A stretch of DNA of 52,236 nucleotides from Bacillota bacterium (GCA_029098045.1 JAQXNO010000113.1:1-52236), one strand, 5' to 3'. Positions 27,522-37,179 are shown, counted from the stretch's first letter. The notes: generated from the sequence alone by a model not told the origin. Made by a program: numbers and translations.

Positions 27522-27685
27522 GGCAATACCGCTGGGTGGGAGCTGCAGGCTTCGACGGATCTTTTGCCCCAATCGTGCAGTATGAAAAATGGGAAATACA
27601 TCCAGTATTCCCGCATTTTTCATACTTTCGCTTGTGTCAAAATCTCTCGCCGAATCTCCTTGCCCCATTATGCGGTGTTACCTTA
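27519..27685. mobile_element. TA-flanked ~163-bp imperfect palindrome (MITE/ERIC-like), element A
   Basis: Ends TTAAGGCAATACCGC / GCGGTGTTACCTTAA (13/15 complementary), pairing through to the apical ATAC-ATCCA-GTAT (27596-27608). Confidence 0.65.
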
Positions 27686-27694
27686 ATTTTTTTG

Positions 27695-27724
27695 TTGACA
27701 AAACCTGGACTTTCGGAATATAAT
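27695..27724 (+). promoter_or_regulatory. sigma-A promoter of the metG leader
   Basis: TTGACA-N18-TATAAT. Confidence 0.8.
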
Positions 27725-27741
27725 AACCGGGTACAATCTGC

Positions 27742-27970
27742 AAAAGCGAAGAAGAGGAGAGTACGCGCAAAGAACCTTCAGAGAGCCCATGGCCGGTGAA
27801 AATGGGCAGGGAAATTGCGCGGAACATGGCCTTGGAGCCGGATTGGTGAATGGTGAGCCAGTCCCGGGTGCGCCCGTCAACGCGCTGTCGAGGCAGAAGC
27901 AAGCTTCTGCGAAACAAGGTGGTACCGCGTAAATTCTACGCCCTTGGACGAATTCAAGGGCGTCTTTTCA
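27742..27970 (+). ncRNA. T-box riboswitch, Met (AUG) specifier
   Basis: AGAGA and GGTGAA stem I motifs, GAAC-ATG-G specifier (27826-27828), T-box AAGGTGGTACCGCG (27916-27929), terminator ACGCCCTTG..CAAGGGCGT-CTTTT. Lies upstream of metG. Confidence 0.95.
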
Positions 27971-27988
27971 TTTTTTGGAGGTAAGATT

Positions 27989-29941
27989 ATGTGTGAAAAA
28001 TGCAAGGGTAATTATTACATTACCACCCCCATCTATTACCCCTCTGCCAACCTGCACATCGGTCATGCCTACTGCACGGTGGCAACCGATGCTATGGCCC
28101 GCTACAAGCGGCTACAGGGCTACAATGTCAAGTTCCTTACCGGCACCGATGAGCACGGCCAGAAGATTGAGGACAAGGCCAAGGAGGCCGGCGTGACCCC
28201 TCAGCAGTTTGTGGATAACATCGTACTGGGTGAAAAGGGTGTGCTGGATCTGTGGAAGCTGATGAACATTTCATACGACCGCTTCATCCGCACCACCGAT
28301 GATTACCATGTGGCCGCCATTCAGAAGATATTCAAGCGGATGTACGAAAACGGTGACATTTACAAGGGTACCTACTCCGGCAAGTACTGCAAGCCCTGCG
28401 AAAGCTTTTGGACCGAAAGTCAGCTGGTGGACGGCAAGTGCCCCGACTGCGGCCGTGAGGTACAGGATGCCCAGGAGGAAGCTTACTTCTTTAAGCTATC
28501 CAAGTATGCAGACCGTATCCAGGATCTGCTGGAGAACACCGATTTCCTGGAGCCCCGCAGCCGTGTGCATGAAATGGTGAATAACTTCATCAAGCCCGGA
28601 CTGGAGGATCTGTGCGTTTCCCGCACCAGCTTCACCTGGGGTGTGCCTGTGGACTTTGACCCCGGCCATGTGGTGTATGTGTGGATCGACGCCCTGTTTA
28701 ACTACATGACCGCTTTAGGCTTCGAAAACAAGAAGTACAGCGATCTGAACGACTTCTGGCCCGCCGATGTGCACTTCGTGGGCAAGGAGATCGTGCGCTT
28801 CCACTCCATCATCTGGCCCGCCATGCTCATGAGCCTTGACCTGCCCCTGCCCAAGAAGGTCTACGGCCACGGCTGGCTGAACTTCAATGGTGAAAAAATG
28901 AGTAAGAGCCGGGGCAATGTGGTGGATCCCTACATCCTGTCCGAGAAGTTCGGCGTGGATGCTCTCCGCTTCTTCCTGCTGCGCACCTTCCCCTTTGGCT
29001 CCGACGGCAACTTTACCAATGAGCTGTTGATGGCCACCATCAACACTGACCTGGCCAACACCCTGGGCAACCTGGTAAGCCGCACCGTAGCCATGAACCA
29101 GAAGTACTTTGACGGCACCCTGGAAGAGGGCGGCGAAGCTGCCGAGCTGGACAGCGACCTGAGGGTGCTGGCTGCCGATGTGTGCGCCAAGTATGAAGCT
29201 CAGATGGATAGGTTCCAGTTCTCCGTAGCACTGAACGAAGTGTTCCGTTTGCTGGACCGCGCAAACAAGTATATCGACGAGACCACACCCTGGATTCTGG
29301 CCAAGAGCGAAGATACCAAGCCGCGCCTGCTGACCGTGATGAAGAACCTGTGCGAGTGTATCCGCATTGCCGCCATCCTCATTACCCCCTTCATGCCCGA
29401 GACCAGCGAAAAGATCTTCGCTGTGCTGAATGTTCCCGCCGACCGTCAGGTTTGGGATGCCCAGGCCTACTGCGCGGATGTCGTGTGGAACACCGTGGTT
29501 GGCGCACCCCTGTTCCCTCGTTTGGATGTGGAAAAGGAACTGAAGGAGCTGGAAAAGCTGTCTAAACCCAAGTCCACCATCGAGATCGAGCCTTATTCTG
29601 AAGAGAAGGTGGATTTTGATACCTTCTGCAAGTCCGATTTCCGCGCGGTGAAGGTCAAGGACTGCTGCAATGTGAAGAAGTCCGACAAGCTGCTGCAGTT
29701 TACGCTGGACGACGGCACAGGCACGGATCGCCAGATCCTCTCCGGCATTGCCAGGTTCTACAAGCCGGAGGAACTGATCGGAAAGACGCTGGTTGCCATC
29801 ACCAATCTGCCGCCCAGAAAGATGATGGGCAGAGAGTCCTGCGGCATGCTGCTGAGCGCCGTCCACACCGAAAAGGGCGAGGAGAAGCTGAACCTCATCA
29901 TGCTCGATGATGCCATCCCCGCCGGCGCGAAGCTGTGCTGA
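27989..29941 (+). CDS. metG: Methionine--tRNA ligase with C-terminal tRNA-binding domain
   Basis: ITTPIYYP, HIGH, GTDEHG, CKPC..CPDC knuckle, YVWIDAL, KMSKS, SDKLL OB domain. Confidence 0.97.
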   Translation: MCEKCKGNYYITTPIYYPSANLHIGHAYCTVATDAMARYKRLQGYNVKFLTGTDEHGQKIEDKAKEAGVTPQQFVDNIVLGEKGVLDLWKLMNISYDRFIRTTDDYHVAAIQKIFKRMYENGDIYKGTYSGKYCKPCESFWTESQLVDGKCPDCGREVQDAQEEAYFFKLSKYADRIQDLLENTDFLEPRSRVHEMVNNFIKPGLEDLCVSRTSFTWGVPVDFDPGHVVYVWIDALFNYMTALGFENKKYSDLNDFWPADVHFVGKEIVRFHSIIWPAMLMSLDLPLPKKVYGHGWLNFNGEKMSKSRGNVVDPYILSEKFGVDALRFFLLRTFPFGSDGNFTNELLMATINTDLANTLGNLVSRTVAMNQKYFDGTLEEGGEAAELDSDLRVLAADVCAKYEAQMDRFQFSVALNEVFRLLDRANKYIDETTPWILAKSEDTKPRLLTVMKNLCECIRIAAILITPFMPETSEKIFAVLNVPADRQVWDAQAYCADVVWNTVVGAPLFPRLDVEKELKELEKLSKPKSTIEIEPYSEEKVDFDTFCKSDFRAVKVKDCCNVKKSDKLLQFTLDDGTGTDRQILSGIARFYKPEELIGKTLVAITNLPPRKMMGRESCGMLLSAVHTEKGEEKLNLIMLDDAIPAGAKLC

Positions 29942-30000
29942 AATCATAGGATCACAAGATATGCCGAACCGGAATCGCCCCGGTTTGCCAAAACGTGCAA

Positions 30001-30027
30001 GCAGCCCGGACGTCTGTCCGGGCTGTT
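30001..30027. terminator. Hairpin between convergent metG and sugar transferase
   Basis: GCAGCCCGGAC-GTCT-GTCCGGGCTGT. Confidence 0.65.
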
Positions 30028-30042
30028 AGTTATATTCCTGTA

Positions 30043-31491
30043 TCACATGGAGCCGTCCCTGCGCAGCACGACCTTGATGGTTTGCAGAATGATCCGAAAA
30101 TCCAGTCCCATGCTCCACTGACGGATATACTTTGTATCCAGCTTCACCACCTGCTCAAAGTCCGTGATCTTGCTTCTGCCGCTGACCTGCCACAGTCCGG
30201 TAATGCCGGGCTTGATGGCAAGGCGGGCCCGATGGTGCAGCTCATACCGCTCCCATTCATCCACCGTAGGGGGACGGGTGCCGACCAGAGACAAATCGCC
30301 CTTCAATACGTTCCAGAACTGGGGGAATTCATCCAGACTCCAGTCCCGGATGAAATTTCCGATGCCCTTTTTTACAGTTCCGTCGGGAAGCTGCCGGCTG
30401 CCGATGATGCGGGGGTCATAGTCCAGCTTGAACATGAGGCCGCTTTCAACCCGGTTCCGGTCCATCAGCTCGGCCTTTCGGGCTTCGGCATCCGGGTACA
30501 TACTGCGGAATTTATAGAGCTTGAACAGCTTTCCGTTTTTGCCCACACGGGTTTGGGAAAAGAAGATGGGGCCGGGAGACTGCAGATAGATCAGCGGCCC
30601 GATGGTGAGCGTCAGGACCAGAGTCAACAAACAGCCCACAAGGGCACCGGCGATATCCACGGCGCGTTTCAGAAACACCTGTGACGGTGTTGCCATGCTC
30701 AGACCGATGGTCAGAACGGTTTTGCCGCAGAGCTTTTCCACCTCCTGCCGTTTCCAGCCCATAATGGAGGCATCTTCCACTTCAATATGTACGACAATGC
30801 CCATCTGCGCCAGAGCGTCAACCAGATCCGTGGAAGAAGCGTACCGGGAAGAAACGGAAATCACGACCTCGTCCACCCATTCCCGGCACAGATACTGCAG
30901 AACCGTTTCCCGGCAGGTGTTGATGGGAATGTCCCGGACCGCTTCACCGACCCGATCCACATCCAGCAGGCAGATGCCCTTCATCTGATAGCGGGGGAAG
31001 CATTCGGACAGATAGCGGTCAGCCAGATCGTCAACGCGGTCGCTTGTGGTGATGAGATACATGGCCGTGTTGCTCACCCTGTGCTGACTGCGCAGATGCT
31101 TTTTCCAAAGCAAACGGAGCGCATAAGACAGAATCAGATAGTAAAACGGGAACGTACCAAGGGCAATACGGGAATAGATTCCACTTTCCTTGGTTGCAAA
31201 CAGATAGCTGATGGTGATGGTCTCCACTAGGAATATATGTTTCAGAGTTGCGGTCATCTCCACGTAGAAGCCTCTTCTCAGAACATTCTTCATGGTATCG
31301 TTCACGATGTGCACCACAAAACCCACCAGTGTGATGACAAACGCAAGCCTTACATAGGCATCATCCTGGTAGGGCCAGTTGAAGCCGTGGCGCGTCATCC
31401 ACGCGGCAACAAAAGCAATATTCAAACACAGCAGATCCAGGAGGATGAAGTCTATGTGCTTCATCCAGCCCTGGACATTTTTCTTATACAT
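30043..31491 (-). CDS. Polyprenyl glycosylphosphotransferase (priming sugar transferase, CpsE/WcaJ-like)
   Basis: Four N-terminal TMs, LKRAVDI, KFRSM, DPRI, SLDEFPQFWNVLKGDLSLVGTRP, KPGITGLWQV. Confidence 0.93.
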   Translation of the reverse strand: MYKKNVQGWMKHIDFILLDLLCLNIAFVAAWMTRHGFNWPYQDDAYVRLAFVITLVGFVVHIVNDTMKNVLRRGFYVEMTATLKHIFLVETITISYLFATKESGIYSRIALGTFPFYYLILSYALRLLWKKHLRSQHRVSNTAMYLITTSDRVDDLADRYLSECFPRYQMKGICLLDVDRVGEAVRDIPINTCRETVLQYLCREWVDEVVISVSSRYASSTDLVDALAQMGIVVHIEVEDASIMGWKRQEVEKLCGKTVLTIGLSMATPSQVFLKRAVDIAGALVGCLLTLVLTLTIGPLIYLQSPGPIFFSQTRVGKNGKLFKLYKFRSMYPDAEARKAELMDRNRVESGLMFKLDYDPRIIGSRQLPDGTVKKGIGNFIRDWSLDEFPQFWNVLKGDLSLVGTRPPTVDEWERYELHHRARLAIKPGITGLWQVSGRSKITDFEQVVKLDTKYIRQWSMGLDFRIILQTIKVVLRRDGSM

Positions 31492-31619
31492 ACGACACCT
31501 CGAATTATCTGATCTTCCCGGGCGGAAGATCCGGTTTCATCGATTCTCTTTTCAGGGGTTCGTGAATGCCGGACTCCCCAAAAGTACGTTGGATGCTGCG
31601 GCACAGCATCGGTTTGTCA

Positions 31620-31648
31620 ATTATACAGGATTTGCGGGAAAGTGTCAA
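31620..31648 (-). promoter_or_regulatory. Consensus sigma-A promoter of the sugar transferase (about 120-nt leader)
   Basis: TTGACA (31648-31643)-N17-TATAAT (31625-31620). Confidence 0.85.
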
Positions 31649-31747
31649 TACTTGCGGAAAAAGGATGAATGGCTGCGCTTTTGCTCACCGATAGGGTCAA
31701 AAAATGTATGGCACACGACAAATGCCGTGTGCCGGAAGGATCTGTAC

Positions 31748-32182
31748 CTACAGATAGATGCGGATATCGGTGGCCAGCTGCTGCTCCAGATGGATCAGCC
31801 GTTTGGTGATGTCTTTGGAAACCTCGTCCGCAGCCTTGTACTGGTTGAGATACCGGTTCAGGGACTTGACGCCCATGTTGCACCCATCGGTCATAAGATC
31901 GGCGATGGTGGCATCCGAATCGGCCATACCCAGCTTCATGTTGGTTTTCATCCACGACATCCCTTTGGCGATGGGGTTGGGATCCTTGCCCTCGTCCTGA
32001 TAGTTTCCAAGAAGCTGCTGGACCCGGGTTTGCAGCTGCTCGTGTGCCTCTTTGCAGCATTTGAGCTTTTTCTGCAAGTCTTCGGACTGGGTGTGGCTCA
32101 GCACGTCGTCAATGGATGTGATGCCCATTTTGATGCCGGCGTCACACTCCCGGAGCAGTCTGACGGTATCGTGTTCAATCAT
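31748..32182 (-). CDS. Four-helix ferritin-like (DUF2383-like) protein, possibly sporulation-related
   Basis: LLREC..GIKMG, IADLMTDGCNMG..SL.RYLNQY, LIHLEQ. GGAGG RBS and an upstream GGGCATACTA sporulation-type -10. Confidence 0.75.
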   Translation of the reverse strand: MIEHDTVRLLRECDAGIKMGITSIDDVLSHTQSEDLQKKLKCCKEAHEQLQTRVQQLLGNYQDEGKDPNPIAKGMSWMKTNMKLGMADSDATIADLMTDGCNMGVKSLNRYLNQYKAADEVSKDITKRLIHLEQQLATDIRIYL

Positions 32183-32384
32183 ATCGCGTTCCTCCATATT
32201 TGAGATATGTTCCTAGTATGCCCCGAAAACGCGTTTTCACAAGGCGCGGCGCCGGGCATGGCAGCGTGTGCCTTCGGCGGAAGATTTAAGGAATACTTAA
32301 TAGGCGGGTCATTGATTTTTGACGCGGAATTTCGTATCATAGGAGGCAAAAGAAAAAACACGACTATCTCAGGAGGCGTTACTT

Positions 32385-33563
32385 ATGAATATGAAAAAAT
32401 GGCTGTCTGCGATGCTGGCAGCAATGCTGCTGCTCGGCCTTTGCGGCTGCGGCGAGAATGGCAGCGTGGTCTACGTCCAGTCCGTTGCGGAGCTGGCAGG
32501 GATGGGCGGCATTGCCCCCGGCGACCGATTTGCCGGTATCGTGGTATCCGAACACACTGCGGAGATCAACCGCGACAGTGAGAAGACCATCGAACAGCTG
32601 CTGGTCAAGGCCGGTGACGATGTGAAGGAGGGACAGATCCTGTTCTCCTACGACACGGAGCAGCTGCAGCTGACGCTGGACAAGCAGCGTCTGGAGAAGG
32701 AACAGCTGGAAGCGAGCATTGAAAACTACCAGCGTCAGATTTCGGATCTGGAGAAACAGCTGAAGCGGGTAAGCGCGGCGGCTCAGCTGCAGTATACCGT
32801 TCAGATTCAGTCTTTGCAGGTGGATCTGAAAGAGGCGGAGCTGAATCTGAAGGCCAAGGAAAAGGAAGTTGCCAAGTCCGAGGATATGCTCCAGAATGCG
32901 GATGTGAAGTCCCCGGTGGCCGGACGCGTGCAGGAGGTCAGCGAAAGCGGAACCGACAACTACGGCAATCCCAAGCCCTACATCACCATCCAGCAGTCCG
33001 GCTCCTACCGGGTCAAGGGTACGCTGGGTGAGCTGCAGCGCGGCGGCATCATGGAAGGCACCCGGATGCGCGTCGTTTCCCGTGCCGACGAGAGTCTGTA
33101 CTGGCTGGGCACCGTGTCCCTTGTGGACTATGAGAATCCCACCCAGGATAACTCCAACAACGTGTATTACGGTATGAGCAGCGACGAAATGACCTCTTCC
33201 AGCAAATACCCCTTCTACATCGAGCTGGACAACACCGAAGGGCTGATTCTGGGTCAGCACGTGTACTTGCAGATGGAAACAGAGGACGCGGAAACCACCG
33301 GTATTCCCGTCAGCATGGCGTTCATTTGCTATGAAGACGACGGCACCGCCTATGTGTGGGCGGAAAACAGCCGTGGCAAGCTGGAAAAGCGGGTTGTGGT
33401 TCTGGGCGGCTTTAACGACATGATGGGTACGATCACCGTGCTGGAGGGTCTGAGCGAAACCGACTACATCGCATTCCCCGACGGAGAGCTGTGTCAGGAG
33501 GGCGCACCCACCACCCATGATCAGACCGCAGTCCAGTCTGCTGTGTCAGAAGGCGGGGTATGA
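32385..33563 (+). CDS. Efflux adaptor (HlyD/YknX-like membrane fusion protein), predicted lipoprotein
   Basis: Lipobox-like LGLCGC, VKAGDDVKEGQILF lipoyl half-motif, coiled coil, VKSPVAGRV, LEKRVVVLG..EGL. Confidence 0.85.
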   Translation: MNMKKWLSAMLAAMLLLGLCGCGENGSVVYVQSVAELAGMGGIAPGDRFAGIVVSEHTAEINRDSEKTIEQLLVKAGDDVKEGQILFSYDTEQLQLTLDKQRLEKEQLEASIENYQRQISDLEKQLKRVSAAAQLQYTVQIQSLQVDLKEAELNLKAKEKEVAKSEDMLQNADVKSPVAGRVQEVSESGTDNYGNPKPYITIQQSGSYRVKGTLGELQRGGIMEGTRMRVVSRADESLYWLGTVSLVDYENPTQDNSNNVYYGMSSDEMTSSSKYPFYIELDNTEGLILGQHVYLQMETEDAETTGIPVSMAFICYEDDGTAYVWAENSRGKLEKRVVVLGGFNDMMGTITVLEGLSETDYIAFPDGELCQEGAPTTHDQTAVQSAVSEGGV

Positions 33564-33566
33564 GCC

Positions 33567-34274
33567 GTGGAAATTCTGAAATTGACCGATATCTGCAAGG
33601 ATTATCAGCAGGGCAAAGAGCCGCTGCGGGTTCTGAAGAATATCAATCTGACCGTCCATCAGGGGGATTATCTTGCCATCATGGGCCCTTCCGGCTCCGG
33701 CAAGACCACGCTGATGAATCTGATTGGCTGTCTGGACGTGCCCACCTCCGGCACCTATGAGCTGGAGGGGAAAAACCTCAAGGATTTGAACGATGACCAA
33801 TTGGCCGACATCCGAAATCAGCATATCGGCTTTGTGTTCCAGAGCTTTCACCTGCTGCCCAAAATGGATGCGCTGCAGAACGTGGCGCTGCCGCTGCTGT
33901 ACGCGGGCGTTCCCCTGAAGGAGCGGCTGCAGCGTGCGGAAGAGGCGCTGAAGGCGGTGGGACTGGAGGAGCGGATGCACTTCCTGCCCAATCAGCTCTC
34001 CGGCGGTCAGTGCCAGAGAGTGGCCATCGCCCGGGCCATGGTGGGCAAGCCTACCATGCTGCTGGCCGATGAACCCACCGGCGCACTGGACACCAAGTCC
34101 GGCAATCAGATCATGGAGATCTTTCGCCAGCTGAGCAACGACGGCATGACCATCATCATGATTACCCACGAACTGTCGATCGCCCAGTGTGCCGATAAGA
34201 TTTATCACATTCTGGACGGCGAGCTTTTCACCGATGAAGCGCCTTCCGGGGAGGTGGACAGCCATGAAGAATAA
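33567..34274 (+). CDS. ABC transporter ATP-binding protein (MacB/LolD/YknY-like)
   Basis: GPSGSGKTT, GFVFQSFHL, LSGGQCQRVAIARA, LLADEPTGALD, ITHE. Confidence 0.95.
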   Translation: MEILKLTDICKDYQQGKEPLRVLKNINLTVHQGDYLAIMGPSGSGKTTLMNLIGCLDVPTSGTYELEGKNLKDLNDDQLADIRNQHIGFVFQSFHLLPKMDALQNVALPLLYAGVPLKERLQRAEEALKAVGLEERMHFLPNQLSGGQCQRVAIARAMVGKPTMLLADEPTGALDTKSGNQIMEIFRQLSNDGMTIIMITHELSIAQCADKIYHILDGELFTDEAPSGEVDSHEE

Positions 34275-35910
34275 AGTGTGGAAGATCGTTTTGATCGTGG
34301 TTATCGTCGCGGTGCTGCTGGGCGGTGGCGGCGGTGCCTGGTACTATTTCAGCAACCGGAATGCGGAGCCGGTCTACGTGTATCCCTTTGAGTATGTCGG
34401 CATGACGGAGTACTGGGGCGACTCTCAGGAGAGCTACGGCCCGGTCAAGACGGATAAAATTCAAACCATTTATCTGAGCGACACCCAGTCCGTGACGGAA
34501 ATCCTCGTAAAAGCCGGTGACCGGGTCAAAAAGGGTGATCTGCTGATGTGCTTCGATACGACCCTTTCCGACCTTGCGCTGGAACGCAAGCGGCTGGATG
34601 TGGAGAAGCTGAAGCTCCAGCTGGAGGAGGCAAAGGTACAGCTGCGGCGGATCAAGAGCATGAAACCCATGGTGATTCCGGTGCAGAAGCCTGAGGACGA
34701 GAACAAGGATCAGGGTACGGCACTAAGCGGAGATCACCAGATTTCCACCAACCGTGATTTTGACGGCAGCAAAAAGACCCTGCCCCTGATCTGCTGGATC
34801 AGCGACAGCCGGTCCATCGACGCGGCACTGCTGGAAGAGATCCGGCTGAAAGCGGAGGAGTTCCAGACGGCCAATGCCAATGACCCGGCCAAGCAGCCCC
34901 CTGCGGAAGAAGGCGCTGACAGCCCTCCCCCGGAGGAGGTTGGCCCCACAGAACCCATTCAGGTAAATGTGAGCCAGTTCTATTGTGTCTTCAAGGTGAC
35001 CAAGGGGAATATGTCCCTGGGTCAGCGGCTTGTGTGGGACGGCGTGATCGTAAACAAGAAATCCGACTCCAACAGCTTTACCTTCCGCTTCTTTGATGCA
35101 TCTTCCGTCAGTGACCATCAGCTGGCAGCCATGGGACAGGAAGAGGAAAAGACGCCCCAGATCGATTTCGGCAGCGGCTACACGGCGGCGCAGATCGCCC
35201 AGATGCGCAGCGAACAGGAAAAGACCATCAAGGATATTGAGTTCAGCATCAAGATGGCGGAGGCCGACTACAAGATCATGCAGACCGAGGTCAGCGACGG
35301 CAAGGTCTATGCCGAGATCGACGGAGAAGTGGTATCGGTGCTGACGGAGGAAGAGGCGCAGATGTCCGGACAGCCTTTGCTGAAGGTGTCCGGCGGCGGC
35401 GGATTCTATGTGCAGGGCAGCGTCAGCGAGCTGGAAAAGGGAAACATGAAGATCGGTCAGGAGGTCACCATCAACGACTGGAACACCGGCATGACCCATG
35501 TGGGCACGGTGCAGTCCATCGGCGATTTCCCCACCACCGACGGCGGTTATTCCGGTGTGGGAAATCCCAATGCCTCTTATTATCCCTTTGTGGTATTCGT
35601 GGACGAGGAAGCGGATCTGCAGGAGGGACGCTATGTGAGCATCGTCTACTCCTCTGCCACCAGTGAAAACGGCATCTATCTGCAAAATCCCTTCCTGCGT
35701 ACCGAGCAGGGAAAAACCTATGTGTATGTGATGGGTGAAGACGGAAAGCTGGAGCAGCGCTTCGTCAGAACCGGCAAGGCACTGTGGGGCAGCTACACCC
35801 AGGTGCTCGACGGCATCACGGCAGAGGATCTTCTGGCGTTCCCCTACGGCAAGGATGTGAAGCCCGGCGCAAGGGCGCAGCAGGGCGACCTGTCCAACCT
35901 GTATGGCTGA
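34264..35910 (+). CDS. Second efflux adaptor (membrane fusion protein) with a large inserted domain
   Basis: N-terminal TM anchor, VKAGDRVKKGDLL, VYAEIDGEV, VSELE, LEQRFVRTG. Confidence 0.82.
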   Translation: MKNKVWKIVLIVVIVAVLLGGGGGAWYYFSNRNAEPVYVYPFEYVGMTEYWGDSQESYGPVKTDKIQTIYLSDTQSVTEILVKAGDRVKKGDLLMCFDTTLSDLALERKRLDVEKLKLQLEEAKVQLRRIKSMKPMVIPVQKPEDENKDQGTALSGDHQISTNRDFDGSKKTLPLICWISDSRSIDAALLEEIRLKAEEFQTANANDPAKQPPAEEGADSPPPEEVGPTEPIQVNVSQFYCVFKVTKGNMSLGQRLVWDGVIVNKKSDSNSFTFRFFDASSVSDHQLAAMGQEEEKTPQIDFGSGYTAAQIAQMRSEQEKTIKDIEFSIKMAEADYKIMQTEVSDGKVYAEIDGEVVSVLTEEEAQMSGQPLLKVSGGGGFYVQGSVSELEKGNMKIGQEVTINDWNTGMTHVGTVQSIGDFPTTDGGYSGVGNPNASYYPFVVFVDEEADLQEGRYVSIVYSSATSENGIYLQNPFLRTEQGKTYVYVMGEDGKLEQRFVRTGKALWGSYTQVLDGITAEDLLAFPYGKDVKPGARAQQGDLSNLYG

Positions 35911-35925
35911 TAAGGAGGGAAGAAC

Positions 35926-37179
35926 ATGACTGAAAATATCAGACTGGCATTTCAGGGTATCTGGAGTCATAAGCTTCGCTCCGTGCTGACCATGCTGGGC
36001 ATCATCATCGGCATTGCGGCCATCATCACCATTGTGTCCACCATCAAGGGAACCAATGAGCAGATCAAGGAAAACCTCATCGGCGCCGGCAACAATGTGG
36101 TAAAGGTGCAGCTCAATCAGGACGGCTACCCTTATGAAATGAACTGGAACCCCCTGCCGCAAGGGGTTCGGATGATCACGGAACGGACGCGGCAGCAGAT
36201 CGAGGACATCCGCGGGGCGGAAAAGGTCTCTCTCTACACCAGCCGCAGCTATACCGAGCAGGTATTCTACTTAAATATGCAATTCAACGGAGAAATCTAC
36301 GGCATTGATGAGCACTATCTGTCCGTCTATGGCTATCAGATCAAGACCGGCCGGGGCTTTACGGAATCCGATTACAGAGATTTCCGCAAGGTTGCATTGG
36401 TGAATACCACTGCGGTGAGCACGCTCTTTGGCGGAGAGTCCCCCGTGGGGAAGCCCATTGAAGTGCAGGGCGATGTGTTTACCGTGGTGGGTGTGGTGAC
36501 GCTTTCCGAGGATTTTGCCCCCACCATCAACACCATGAACGACTACTACCTCTATGCGGACACCTCCTCCGGCTCCATTTTCCTGCCCAACGCGGTGTGG
36601 CCCACGGCGTACCAGTTCGATGAGCCGCAGAATGTGGCTATTCGGGTGGAAAACACCGATGTGATGACCACCGTGGGACAGAAGGCGGCGGAGATTCTGA
36701 CGGAAAACCAGATCGTGGACAAAACGGGCAAATTTGACTACCGCAGTCTGGATATGCTGGAGCAGGCGCAGCAGCTGCAAAAAATGAGTGAATCCACCAA
36801 TGCGCAGCTGGTCTGGATCGCAAGCATCTCCCTGCTGGTCGGCGGCATCGGCGTCATGAACATCATGCTGGTATCCGTGACAGAACGCACCAGTGAGATC
36901 GGCCTGAAGAAAGCCCTTGGCGCCCGCAAGCGCCGCATCCGCCTGCAGTTTCTGACGGAAGCGGCGGTGCTGACCAGCCTGGGCGGCGTCATCGGCGTTG
37001 TCAGCGGCATCGGCTGCGCGGTGCTGATCTCCAATATGATGCAGATTCCTGTGGCAATCGATGTGTCCGCAATCTTCGTGGCGGTGGTGTTTTCCACCCT
37101 GATCGGCGTGATTTTCGGACTGCTTCCCGCGGTCAAGGCCGCAAACATGAACCCCATCGAAGCCCTTCGCCGCAACTGA
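35926..37179 (+). CDS. ABC transporter permease (MacB/FtsX-like)
   Basis: KLRSVLTMLGIIIG, ISLLVGGIGVMNIMLVSVTERTSEIGLKKALGA, QFLTEA, PAVKAA..PIEALR. Confidence 0.95.
   Translation: MTENIRLAFQGIWSHKLRSVLTMLGIIIGIAAIITIVSTIKGTNEQIKENLIGAGNNVVKVQLNQDGYPYEMNWNPLPQGVRMITERTRQQIEDIRGAEKVSLYTSRSYTEQVFYLNMQFNGEIYGIDEHYLSVYGYQIKTGRGFTESDYRDFRKVALVNTTAVSTLFGGESPVGKPIEVQGDVFTVVGVVTLSEDFAPTINTMNDYYLYADTSSGSIFLPNAVWPTAYQFDEPQNVAIRVENTDVMTTVGQKAAEILTENQIVDKTGKFDYRSLDMLEQAQQLQKMSESTNAQLVWIASISLLVGGIGVMNIMLVSVTERTSEIGLKKALGARKRRIRLQFLTEAAVLTSLGGVIGVVSGIGCAVLISNMMQIPVAIDVSAIFVAVVFSTLIGVIFGLLPAVKAANMNPIEALRRN

Noticed and set aside
27989-28006. N-terminal CxxC (MCEKCK) on MetRS as a novel domain
   Set aside because: Too short to interpret, and the rest is a standard MetRS.
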